From an uncultured archaeon (GTDB lineage Archaea > Nanobdellota > Nanobdellia > Woesearchaeales > CAIVOO01), in assembly GCA_903904885.1 (NCBI GenBank), contig CAIVED010000021.1:17456-81455 (forward strand): a DNA stretch of 64,000 bases. The letters run 5' to 3'. Under the pieces are notes generated by a model, which worked only from the letters and a program-made list of their open reading frames with translations, was not told the origin of the DNA and did not search any database. The translations under genes were made by a program, and so were the position numbers. Shown here one piece after another: positions 46,761 through 55,264 of the stretch (positions are counted from its first letter, which is position 1; every line of letters starts with the position of its first letter).

Positions 46761-49085
46761 TTAACTCCCCGCATATAATTGTTCTTTAATCTCGTTTAGA
46801 GCTTTAAGGTACTTTTCTTTTCCACCAAAAGATTCTATTATTTCTACAGGTGTTCCAAATTCTCTAAATGGATTGACTTTCAAAATAGTCATTGTTTCTA
46901 TATTCTCTATTCCTTCGTCTGCATATTTGTCAAGAAGAGCTTCTATTATTTTACGCGCTTTTTCACCATATTTTGTGAAATAATTTCTCTTTTTAACATT
47001 ATTTGCTCTTTCTTTTCTTGTTAAAGGTTTTTGGTCAAAAGCGACATGGCAAACTAAGTCAAATTCATCGAAGTTTTTCCCAACTTCTTCTTTTAGTTCA
47101 TGAAGAAATATTCCATTTTCTATCATTTCCTGGATTATTGCAGATTTTTTATCTGTGGATTTCCATTTTTTTAGGAAATTGTCTAGTGACTTAAACTCTT
47201 TTGTCGCTGTTTTCTTTGTATAATCCTTTAACGATTCTGTGATTAGTTTTCCCTCTTTGTCAAATATTTGCACTCTTTCATTTAGAACTCTTACTTCTAC
47301 ATTATTAACATAATACTTTCTGGGTTTATCTGGCGATTCTTTCAGCAAATAAACTTGTTCCTGAACAGAACCATAAACTTTCTCAATCGGGGCAGTTTCA
47401 GGAATTATAATTTCTTCATCTGCTGTAAACTCCTCACATTGTACTGGTTCACCATCAAAGTCAGGATCAGCAAATAAATTTGTTACTTGTCTAAAATCCA
47501 TGATAGTAAAATAAGATTTATCATAGTCTTCTCTTATTCTGGTTCCCCTTCCAATAATCTGTTTAAATTCAGTCATAGATTGTATGTTGCTTTCCAGAAC
47601 AATTAATTTGCATGTCTGAGCATCAACCCCCGTATTAAGTAGTTTTGATGTTGTTGCTATAACTGGATATTTTGATGATGGGTCGATGAAATTATCTAGT
47701 TCTCGTTTACCCAGAATATCATCTCCTGTGATTTTTACAACATATTTTGAATTTTTTGTGACTAAATCCTTATTTTCATTACAGAGCGCTCTTCTCATTC
47801 TTTCAGCATGTTCTATATCTACACAGAAAACTATTGTTTTGTCAAATCTATTTGTCTTTTTTAGATATTCTGTAATTTTTTTAGCAACTAATATTGTTCG
47901 GGCGTCTAGTACAATATTCCTATCATAATCTTTTATATTATAGATCCTATCGGGTATTTCATTGCCATATTTGTCAATTTTTCCTTTTTCAGGTCTATAT
48001 CCTTCAACGTCTTTATCTATTGTAATTCTTATAACTTTATATGGTGCTAAGAACCCATCCTGAATTCCTTGTTTTAATGAATAAACATAAAGAGGTTTTC
48101 CAAAATAATGACTATTTGAAACATCTCTATCCTCTTTTGGTGTTGCAGTCAACCCAATTTGTGTTGCTTTAGGGAAATATTCTAAAACCTCTCTCCATTG
48201 AGAATTGATTGCTGCGCTACCTCTATGGCACTCATCTACAATTATTAAATCAAAGAATTCTTTTGAAAATTGCTTATAGATATTTTTCCATTCTTCGTTA
48301 CCTGTAACTGATTGGTATAATGCAAGGTAAACTTCATAAGATGTGTCAACCTTTCTGTTAGTTATTCTAGTCATAACCTTGCTGAAAATCTTAAAGTCAT
48401 TATTACGTGGTTGAGTTAATAATACATCTCTATCAGTTAAGAAGAGTACTCTTTTTTTTGTTTTTGATTCTAATAACTTATGCATGATTTGAGAAGCCAC
48501 ATAAGTTTTTCCAGTTCCAGTAGCTAAAACTAGCAAAATTCTATCTTGACCTTTAGCAACTGCTTCTACAGTTCTATTAATTGCAATTTGCTGATAATAT
48601 CTTGGTTTCTTTTGTCCAGCATAATAATCTTGTGTAATAATTTCTTCCTGCTTCTTGCTTATCCCTTTCCATTCCTTATATCGATTCCACAATTCATCTG
48701 GACTTGGAAATTTGTCCAAAGACAACTCTTTTTCAACTTCTTTAGAGTTACCTGTTTTATCATGCTCAATAAATCCATCTCCATTTGAGCTGTAAACAAA
48801 AGGAATATCTAGAATTTCTCCATAATCCAGAGCCTGCTGGATTCCCGAACCAATATCGTGATTATTATCTTTTGCTTCAATTATTGCTATTGGCAAATTT
48901 GGCTTATAATAAAGAATGTAGTCTGCTCTTTTCTTTTCCCCTCTTATTGTTTTATCTCCTTTTAAAAGAATTCTCCCATCTGTAAAAGTAACTTCTTCTC
49001 TAAACAATTGCCAGCCCGAATGTTTAATCGAAGGAGTTATGTATTTTGTACAAATATCCCTTTCAGAGAGTGATTTTTTATTCAT
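46761..49085 (-). CDS. hsdR: Type I R-M restriction subunit HsdR (SF2 helicase/endonuclease)
   Basis: Walker A is LVLATGTGKTYVA. The DEAH box is IIVDECHRGS. An N-terminal nuclease region is present. 774 aa. Confidence 0.9.
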   Translation of the reverse strand: MNKKSLSERDICTKYITPSIKHSGWQLFREEVTFTDGRILLKGDKTIRGEKKRADYILYYKPNLPIAIIEAKDNNHDIGSGIQQALDYGEILDIPFVYSSNGDGFIEHDKTGNSKEVEKELSLDKFPSPDELWNRYKEWKGISKKQEEIITQDYYAGQKKPRYYQQIAINRTVEAVAKGQDRILLVLATGTGKTYVASQIMHKLLESKTKKRVLFLTDRDVLLTQPRNNDFKIFSKVMTRITNRKVDTSYEVYLALYQSVTGNEEWKNIYKQFSKEFFDLIIVDECHRGSAAINSQWREVLEYFPKATQIGLTATPKEDRDVSNSHYFGKPLYVYSLKQGIQDGFLAPYKVIRITIDKDVEGYRPEKGKIDKYGNEIPDRIYNIKDYDRNIVLDARTILVAKKITEYLKKTNRFDKTIVFCVDIEHAERMRRALCNENKDLVTKNSKYVVKITGDDILGKRELDNFIDPSSKYPVIATTSKLLNTGVDAQTCKLIVLESNIQSMTEFKQIIGRGTRIREDYDKSYFTIMDFRQVTNLFADPDFDGEPVQCEEFTADEEIIIPETAPIEKVYGSVQEQVYLLKESPDKPRKYYVNNVEVRVLNERVQIFDKEGKLITESLKDYTKKTATKEFKSLDNFLKKWKSTDKKSAIIQEMIENGIFLHELKEEVGKNFDEFDLVCHVAFDQKPLTRKERANNVKKRNYFTKYGEKARKIIEALLDKYADEGIENIETMTILKVNPFREFGTPVEIIESFGGKEKYLKALNEIKEQLYAGS

Positions 49086-49156
49086 TTTATTGGTCTAATA
49101 ACTATTAATTTTATAAAGATTATCTTTGCCTTAGTTAGCCATTCCCCACAATCCTT

Positions 49157-50320
49157 TCAATCATCTTCTTTTCTGTTTGATAAAGATACTCTATATCCCT
49201 TCTCTTTATCAACCATCTTATCTACATCCGAATCAATCTCTCCTTTTATCGCATCTGAATTTAGTCTTGAATAACAAATCATCGAATACACATCATAAAG
49301 CCCCTTCTTCTTAAGTAAAGCTATCAACTTAGTCTTGTCTTCAGGTAAAACAACAGATAAATACTCCCTAACCGCCGCTTTCTTATTCGAACCAAAGACT
49401 ACTTCAATTCCTTTCTGCTTGGCAAATAATATAATCTCATCTTTTAGCTCTTCCATCTTCTCTTCTGCATTCTTTTTAACTAGCTGCAATTTAGAATACT
49501 CATCAACCATCTTGACTCCAGCGTCTTTCTTGAATTCTTTGGCTGTTTTCAGCTCAAGCTCAATGTCATGCTTCCAGGCAGGGCAGATTGATTTATAAGA
49601 GCAGTAATCACACAAAGCAGTAACCTTAGTTGGAAATTCTTTTGCTTTCTCAACTTCCTTTATCAGTGCCATTGTATCGTCCTGAAGCTTCTTCAGCTGC
49701 GCATCTGTCCTTTCAGAAGTAACTTCCTTGTTGAAGGCAAGCATGTGCCACAGAAGAACTACTTTTTTGGCATCCTTGAAAGTATTCTTAACCCAGATTG
49801 AATACATAGCCAATTGCCTGTCTTCATCAGCCTCCTGCTGGTCTTTCATCCTGTTATTTGACTTGTAATCGCAGACATAATAAACACCGTTTTTGAAGCC
49901 TAATTTGTCCATTCTCACATGATAATGATTTCCATCAGGAAGATGCAGTCTGTCCTGTGTTTCAAGCCCTAAAATAGTCATCTGGTCAAAAGGAGCATAA
50001 TTATTATAGTAATCTGTCAAATACTTCTCTCCCATCAGCTTATAATTTTTAGCAGAATAATCTTTCTTTACAATTATTATGTCATCTGTCCAGCTCTTAT
50101 CCCATGAATCCCTGTAAAATTTAAGCAAGTCCTTCAAAGAATTCAGTTTCTGGAATTTTAAGTCCTTATACAGCTTCTCAAGCGCTTCATGAACGCGGCT
50201 GCCCATAAATGCTTCAACTGACTCTGCACCTTCAATCTTAACACCATCAATATACTGCAATTTATACTTATACCTGCATTGCGAAAATGTGCTTAGTTTG
50301 GAATGCGAGTAAGTGGCCAT
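49157..50320 (-). CDS. Cas4-like PD-(D/E)XK nuclease with Cys cluster (stand-alone)
   Basis: N-terminal SHSKLSTFSQCRYKYKLQYI. The core is VRMDKLGFKNGVYYVCDYKS...QLAMY. The C-terminus is CDYCSYKSICPAW. Paralog of the ORF at 14667-15482. Confidence 0.6.
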   Translation of the reverse strand: MATYSHSKLSTFSQCRYKYKLQYIDGVKIEGAESVEAFMGSRVHEALEKLYKDLKFQKLNSLKDLLKFYRDSWDKSWTDDIIIVKKDYSAKNYKLMGEKYLTDYYNNYAPFDQMTILGLETQDRLHLPDGNHYHVRMDKLGFKNGVYYVCDYKSNNRMKDQQEADEDRQLAMYSIWVKNTFKDAKKVVLLWHMLAFNKEVTSERTDAQLKKLQDDTMALIKEVEKAKEFPTKVTALCDYCSYKSICPAWKHDIELELKTAKEFKKDAGVKMVDEYSKLQLVKKNAEEKMEELKDEIILFAKQKGIEVVFGSNKKAAVREYLSVVLPEDKTKLIALLKKKGLYDVYSMICYSRLNSDAIKGEIDSDVDKMVDKEKGYRVSLSNRKEDD

Positions 50321-50365
50321 TCTGGGAGTATTGATTGTTTGTTATTTATAAATCTTGCAGCAGGA

Positions 50366-50412
50366 TGTCTAGTGGGTCGCGGCCGCCACGTCTTAAAATT
50401 AAATACTCAAAG
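50366..50412. promoter_or_regulatory. Divergent promoter region with central GC box gtcgcggccgccacgtc (NotI site) flanked by ttaaaattaaatac
   Basis: Motif-family member lying between the divergent Cas4-like (-) and NYN (+) genes. A tttataaat TATA (50344-50352) faces the minus-strand gene. Confidence 0.5.
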
Positions 50413-50427
50413 TATTCTTAAATATTA

Positions 50428-51162
50428 ATGGAAAAACGAAAATCTTATATAGCTCCTGAGCTTAAAAATTCATATTTAAGTCCCCAGTATGACCTCCTTG
50501 GAGGGAATGCTGGGCATCCTTCTCATGCCGTTGTTTTTGTAGATGCCAATAACTGGTATCATAATGTTAAGAAATTTATTGACCCAAGCGAAGTTGATAT
50601 TCTTAAAGTGGCTAAGTTTCTATGCGAAGTCAAAAAGTATAATTTAGTTGGGGTAAGATGGTACGCTTCAACTCCAAGCATTGCGGATGGGGAAAGAATG
50701 TACTACAAGCATATGGCTTTTTTGCAGCATCTCGAGAAAAAAGGAATAAAAGTTATTACCCGGAAACTTCAAAGAATATCAAATAAGGAAATCCAGAAGA
50801 AAAGAAGGGACACTATAGACAACCTGGACTTGTGCGATCATTGCAGGCCTCTGGTTGAATCTGTTTTTCTTGACTTGGCTGATCTGAAGAAAAAAGAAAA
50901 AGGCATAGATGTCTGGGTTGCGATCGACATGATAAAAGAGTCTGTAATTGACAAAAACTGCGATGTTTGCATACTTATCTCCGGAGATGCTGACTTCACT
51001 CCTGCACTGAGCCTCATAAAAAGCCATGGGAAGGAAGTGCTTACTGCGATGGTTCCTTTTGGATATTCTTCAGAACTTATAAGGGAATTTCCATTTTTTA
51101 TATTGAGAAAAGAAACTCTGATGAAATGCCTAAGAGGCTACAGAGAGAAACCTCCCAGTTAG
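50428..51162 (+). CDS. NYN-domain (LabA-like) putative RNase
   Basis: VVFVDANNWYHN...DVWVAIDM...ILISGDADFTPAL are NYN/PIN-like acidic motifs. Confidence 0.7.
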   Translation: MEKRKSYIAPELKNSYLSPQYDLLGGNAGHPSHAVVFVDANNWYHNVKKFIDPSEVDILKVAKFLCEVKKYNLVGVRWYASTPSIADGERMYYKHMAFLQHLEKKGIKVITRKLQRISNKEIQKKRRDTIDNLDLCDHCRPLVESVFLDLADLKKKEKGIDVWVAIDMIKESVIDKNCDVCILISGDADFTPALSLIKSHGKEVLTAMVPFGYSSELIREFPFFILRKETLMKCLRGYREKPPS

Positions 51163-51175
51163 TAATAATTTTGTT

Positions 51176-51445
51176 TCAGACCCTGATGCCCTTTGCAATT
51201 GCCTTCCTCAGTTTTTCGCTTGGGTTGTATATCCATGTTATGCCCTTCAGGCCAACAAGAATCTTCCCGCTTTTTTCAAGATAGTCAAGCACTATCATGA
51301 GTGTGTTATGGTTTACCTGCCTTGGAAGCTTTCTTTTCAGCTCAGCGATTTTCATTACGCTGCCTTCCATTTTTTTCAGGACAGTCTCAACCATCAAAAC
51401 GGTGTTCAATGTTGGTGAGTGTTCAAGCATTTGCATTTTAATCAC
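51176..51445 (-). CDS. Small winged-helix-like protein (89 aa)
   Basis: MKIAELKRKLPRQVNHNTLMIVLDYLEKSGKILV is wHTH-like. Confidence 0.4.
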   Translation of the reverse strand: MIKMQMLEHSPTLNTVLMVETVLKKMEGSVMKIAELKRKLPRQVNHNTLMIVLDYLEKSGKILVGLKGITWIYNPSEKLRKAIAKGIRV

Positions 51446-51526
51446 TTTTAGTTATTAATTAATAACTATAAGTTATTAACTTATATATAAATCTTTCGGC
51501 CTGAACAAGTAAGAATTAGAAGGGAA

Positions 51527-51566
51527 GTATTTAATCCTACGCCGTTGCGGCCGCAACTGCGTAACC
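51527..51566 (+). promoter_or_regulatory. TATA (gtatttaatcc) + 20-bp near-perfect palindrome gccgttgcggccgcaactgc
   Basis: Motif-family member. It is inserted between ctttcgg and ttaatattgttaac, two blocks that are contiguous in the paralogous flank at 52513-52540. Confidence 0.5.
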
Positions 51567-51629
51567 TTTTAAATCGCTAGTTAACACTCTTAACCAAAAC
51601 AGCCAAAAAACAGTTATTTGTTAATATTG

Positions 51630-52193
51630 TTAACCAACCAGCGCATGTTCTATCTTGTAGCTGACGCCCCACGTATCAAAAACCTGCTTTAGCACGTCCT
51701 CTTTTGAAGCAGAGACAAGAATTGAGCCGGTGCCCATGAATCTTCCACCCACCTCTTTTAGAATCCCCTCCCTGCCTCCCCTTCCCTTAAGCAGGTAATG
51801 GAACTGGACCCGTTTGGAAGGGGAAAACTTCTTCAAAGTATAGACAAAAATGCTCTTGTTCTCAAAACCCATGACCTGGGCCATGAATTTCCGGTTTTTA
51901 ATGCTGTATCCCTCATTAAGCAGTGTTTTTGAGAGGGTATTTCCTGAAACAAGCGCCCCAAGAGTCAATATGCTTATATGAGCATCAATTATTTTTGAAA
52001 GCGAATTGACAAGATCAATGCTTTTCTTTTCATCAGAATCATCTATTATTATGCACAGGTCAATATCTCTTGGATTTTTTTTGCCTCTTGAGGAAGAGCC
52101 GAACATGATAACATCAAATATTTTGCCTGATTTTATCCATTTTCTTATTTCAGAGAATGAGTTTTTTTGCATTTTCCACCTCGGTTTTGACAA
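51630..52193 (-). CDS. Nucleotidyltransferase (MNT-type, Pol-beta fold) with C-terminal extension
   Basis: IMFGSSSRGKKNPRDIDLCIIIDDSDE is the GS...D.D NTase motif. It overlaps the upstream HEPN gene by 44 nt. Confidence 0.7.
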   Translation of the reverse strand: MSKPRWKMQKNSFSEIRKWIKSGKIFDVIMFGSSSRGKKNPRDIDLCIIIDDSDEKKSIDLVNSLSKIIDAHISILTLGALVSGNTLSKTLLNEGYSIKNRKFMAQVMGFENKSIFVYTLKKFSPSKRVQFHYLLKGRGGREGILKEVGGRFMGTGSILVSASKEDVLKQVFDTWGVSYKIEHALVG

Positions 52194-52482
52194 GTTTAGC
52201 GATCGTTTCGCTTATCTCCTTGTTGTATGAATCCCGGTAAAACCTGAAAAGTTTTGAAGAAATAGCATAAATTTCAGGTGAAACCTTTTCAAGCATCTCA
52301 AATCTTTCAGTGTGATTTGCCCCGAGCTTGCCTGTTTTCCTGATAAGCTCCAAATCACAGAGCTCAACAAGCGCCTTGTAATAAAGAGTAACTGCTGTAT
52401 TGAATTTTCTTCTTGAGAATGAATATTCAGCTATTTCAATGAACTCCCTGAAATTTTTCTCTATTACCTCTGTTTCAGCCAT
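52150..52482 (-). CDS. HEPN domain protein (PF05168-type)
   Basis: FNTAVTLYYKALVELCDLELIRKTG...RFYRDSY. Confidence 0.65.
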   Translation of the reverse strand: MAETEVIEKNFREFIEIAEYSFSRRKFNTAVTLYYKALVELCDLELIRKTGKLGANHTERFEMLEKVSPEIYAISSKLFRFYRDSYNKEISETIAKLVKTEVENAKKLIL

Positions 52483-52546
52483 GTTAAGAGTATTAACCTA
52501 TAAAGGATATTTAAACCTTTCGGTTAATATTGTTAACTGGGTTATA

Positions 52547-53230
52547 TTAAACCTTCCAACTCCCGCTCGCATCTTCGCGGGAACAGACAGAATAGTCAAT
52601 CTTTCGCTTAACATGCGTTTCAAAGCATTCGCTGGCAAGCAGGGGAGTATTATTGTTCCCTGATAAATGCCCCAATAAAACCAAAGAAAGGTTATTGCCT
52701 TTGCTTTGAACCAGCGAGCTTGCGGTTTCATTGCTCAGATGGCCCTGGTCCGAGAGAATCCAGTTTTTCAGGAAATGGGGATAGCGCCCGTTCTTGAGCA
52801 TCTCAACGTCATGGTTGGATTCCAACAGCACAGCATTCAAATGCTTCATGGCCGTTTCCATCTGGGGCGTAACCATGCCTGTGTCTGTAAACAGCCCGAA
52901 TTTGCCGATAACAAACCCTGAAGAGGGAACATTATGGGAAGTCAAAACAGGCTTTATCTCCAGGTTTTTAATTTTAAAATTCCCTGTGAACCTGTTAACA
53001 TACAGCGGGATATTATAGCGCCGGGAAATCACACCTGCACCGCAGACATGGTCTGAATGTGAATGGGTTATAACACAGGCATCAACATTTTCTAAACTTT
53101 TTCCGAGAGAATTCATCCTTTTCTCAAGCTCCCTCCCGCTCTTGCCGGCATCGATAAGAACAGAAACTCCTTTGTCCTCAACCAGGCAGCAGTTGCCGTT
53201 GCTCCCGGATGCTATAACTGAGATTTCCAT
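52547..53230 (-). CDS. Metallo-beta-lactamase-fold hydrolase
   Basis: VITHSHSDHVCGAG is the HxHxDH motif. 227 aa. Confidence 0.75.
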   Translation of the reverse strand: MEISVIASGSNGNCCLVEDKGVSVLIDAGKSGRELEKRMNSLGKSLENVDACVITHSHSDHVCGAGVISRRYNIPLYVNRFTGNFKIKNLEIKPVLTSHNVPSSGFVIGKFGLFTDTGMVTPQMETAMKHLNAVLLESNHDVEMLKNGRYPHFLKNWILSDQGHLSNETASSLVQSKGNNLSLVLLGHLSGNNNTPLLASECFETHVKRKIDYSVCSREDASGSWKV

Positions 53231-53277
53231 TTATTTTAAGAAACAATGAAGCTGTTTATAACTCTTTTTATTGTGGT

Positions 53278-53919
53278 CTATCTCCTTAAAAAGAATTTAT
53301 TAGCTATTTTCTTGCTTATGACTGCATTCATATCGCATTCTTTCAGCAAATCCAGCGAAATATTCCCCTCAAAATGATAATTTTCAACCATCTTGCCAAG
53401 CATTTTTACCTGTCTCACCAAGGGAGCAAAATCACCATCACCGCTTATCAGGATTGAAGTGTCATACTTGTTCTCATAGGCATCCCGAAGCATATCTATT
53501 GCAAGATGAATATCATCTCCCTTTATTGTGAAAAACTCCTTGCCGTCTTTGTTAGTCCTTCTCTGCCTTTTGCATAGAATAACATTAAATCTATGTATTT
53601 TCACCAATCTTGCAAAAAACTGCTGCTGTTTCCTGAAAGACTCGGGGTTTATCTGCTGTTTCAGGGAAGCATTATAGTAATAAACAGAAACTAGATATCG
53701 TTGACCAACAATTTTCTTTATGTAGCTTTCAAAATCAAACTTGAAATCAGTATATCTTTCATTTATTGACTTTATTCCATAAAGAAAATTCGCTCCATCT
53801 ATATAAACTGAAACGCGATTAGAATGGTACCCGTCTTGCGTTTGCAAGAACGGGGAACACAATGCGGTATTCTGCAAAGCAGATTCCGGCGCTACCTGGC
53901 ACCAATGAATGTTATTCAT
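53278..53919 (-). CDS. NYN-domain (LabA-like) putative RNase, paralog of the 50428-51162 gene
   Basis: VSVYIDGANFLYG...IHLAIDM...ILISGDGDFAPL. Confidence 0.7.
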   Translation of the reverse strand: MNNIHWCQVAPESALQNTALCSPFLQTQDGYHSNRVSVYIDGANFLYGIKSINERYTDFKFDFESYIKKIVGQRYLVSVYYYNASLKQQINPESFRKQQQFFARLVKIHRFNVILCKRQRRTNKDGKEFFTIKGDDIHLAIDMLRDAYENKYDTSILISGDGDFAPLVRQVKMLGKMVENYHFEGNISLDLLKECDMNAVISKKIANKFFLRR

Positions 53920-53944
53920 CTCGGATATTTAAAGTTTTCGCCCC

Positions 53945-53990
53945 TCTTAAACTTTATACGTCGCGGCCGCCACGGCGAACATTTAAAACA
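53945..53990. promoter_or_regulatory. Divergent promoter with central GC box acgtcgcggccgccacggcg (NotI site) flanked by tttaaa elements
   Basis: Lies between the NYN (-) and RFC (+) genes. An acatttaaaac TATA sits ~40 nt upstream of the RFC ATG at 54025. Confidence 0.5.
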
Positions 53991-54024
53991 GAACCTTCTT
54001 AAATCTCTACAATATTGTAATCTC

Positions 54025-55239
54025 ATGAACATCCCATTCACTAAGCGATATGCACCTAAACATACTAAAGATGTAATCGGCCAAGACGCACCCATCCTAA
54101 AGCTAAAAGACTTCGTAAACAACTTCAAAAAGCAAAAGAAGAAGGCGATGTTCATAAGCGGCCCGGTTGGTTGCGGGAAAACAGTAGCAGTCCAGGCAAT
54201 AGCAAATGAATTAAACTACGAACTTCTGGAAATCAACGCCTCAGACACAAGGAATTCAGCAGCAATTGAAAGCATTGTCGGAGCAGCAATCCACCAGGCT
54301 TCTTTCTTCCACAAGGGCAAAATCATCATGATAGATGAGGCAGAGGGGATTACAGGAACCCAGGACAGGGGCGGTTTAACAACGTTAGCAGATTTAATTG
54401 ACCAGACAGCTTTTCCGATAATAATCATCTCCAACGACGCCTATGACCATAAATTCTCAGGCATAAGAAAGAAATGTGCAGTATTAGATTTCAATCCATT
54501 GACTGTTGAGGATGTTTTCAAAATAATAAAACAGATAGCAGAAAAAGAAAAGATTCAAGCAGAAGATGACATCCTCAGAACAATATCAAGGAGATCTGCA
54601 GGAGATTCAAGAGCAGCAATTACAGATTTGCAAGTCCTGGCGGTCCAGGGCAAAATCACAAGAGAAGAAATAGATGCTCTTTCCTATCGTGAAAAAGAAG
54701 ACACAATGCAGGATGCCTTGATAAAAGTCTTCAAGAATTCAGACCCGTTGATAGCAATTGATGCATTCGAGAGGGTTGACGAGCAGCAGGACAAATTAAT
54801 GCTCTGGGTTGATGAAAACCTGCCGTTAGAATATACCAAGCGAGAAGATTTGGCAATGGCCTACAACTTCCTATCAAAGGCAGACATCTTCCAGAAGAGA
54901 ATAATCAAGAGGCAGGACTGGAGATTTTTAGTCTACATAAACGCATTAATCACAGCAGGCGTCGCGGTTTCAAAAACAGAAAAAAACAGAACCCCAATAG
55001 ATTACAAGCAGACTTCAAGAATACTTAAAATGTGGATTATGAACAACAAATACGCAAAGAGGAAGTCAATCGCGCTTAAAATAGCAGAAAAAACACACTG
55101 CTCATTGCATGATGCAATCCAATCCTCTGTTCCCTACATCAAAGTCATCTTCCAAAAGAACAAAAAAATGTCAGAAAAGCTAACAGACGAGTTTGAATTT
55201 GACCAGGAAGAGGTTGAGTGGCTGGAGAGAAAGGTTTAA
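54025..55239 (+). CDS. rfcL: Replication factor C large subunit (AAA+ clamp loader)
   Basis: MNIPFTKRYAPKHTKDVIGQD is the canonical RFC N-terminus. Walker A is ISGPVGCGKTVAVQ. Walker B is IIMIDEAEG. The start is reset from the over-extended track value of 53824. Confidence 0.8.
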   Translation: MNIPFTKRYAPKHTKDVIGQDAPILKLKDFVNNFKKQKKKAMFISGPVGCGKTVAVQAIANELNYELLEINASDTRNSAAIESIVGAAIHQASFFHKGKIIMIDEAEGITGTQDRGGLTTLADLIDQTAFPIIIISNDAYDHKFSGIRKKCAVLDFNPLTVEDVFKIIKQIAEKEKIQAEDDILRTISRRSAGDSRAAITDLQVLAVQGKITREEIDALSYREKEDTMQDALIKVFKNSDPLIAIDAFERVDEQQDKLMLWVDENLPLEYTKREDLAMAYNFLSKADIFQKRIIKRQDWRFLVYINALITAGVAVSKTEKNRTPIDYKQTSRILKMWIMNNKYAKRKSIALKIAEKTHCSLHDAIQSSVPYIKVIFQKNKKMSEKLTDEFEFDQEEVEWLERKV

Positions 55240-55264
55240 ATCATAAGAAATATTTCCTCTCTGA

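Noticed and set aside
53824-54024. 5' extension of the RFC large-subunit ORF (track start 53824)
   Set aside because: The extension runs through the divergent promoter and GC box. A canonical RFC N-terminus (MNIPFTKRYAP) with a TATA ~40 nt upstream begins at 54025.
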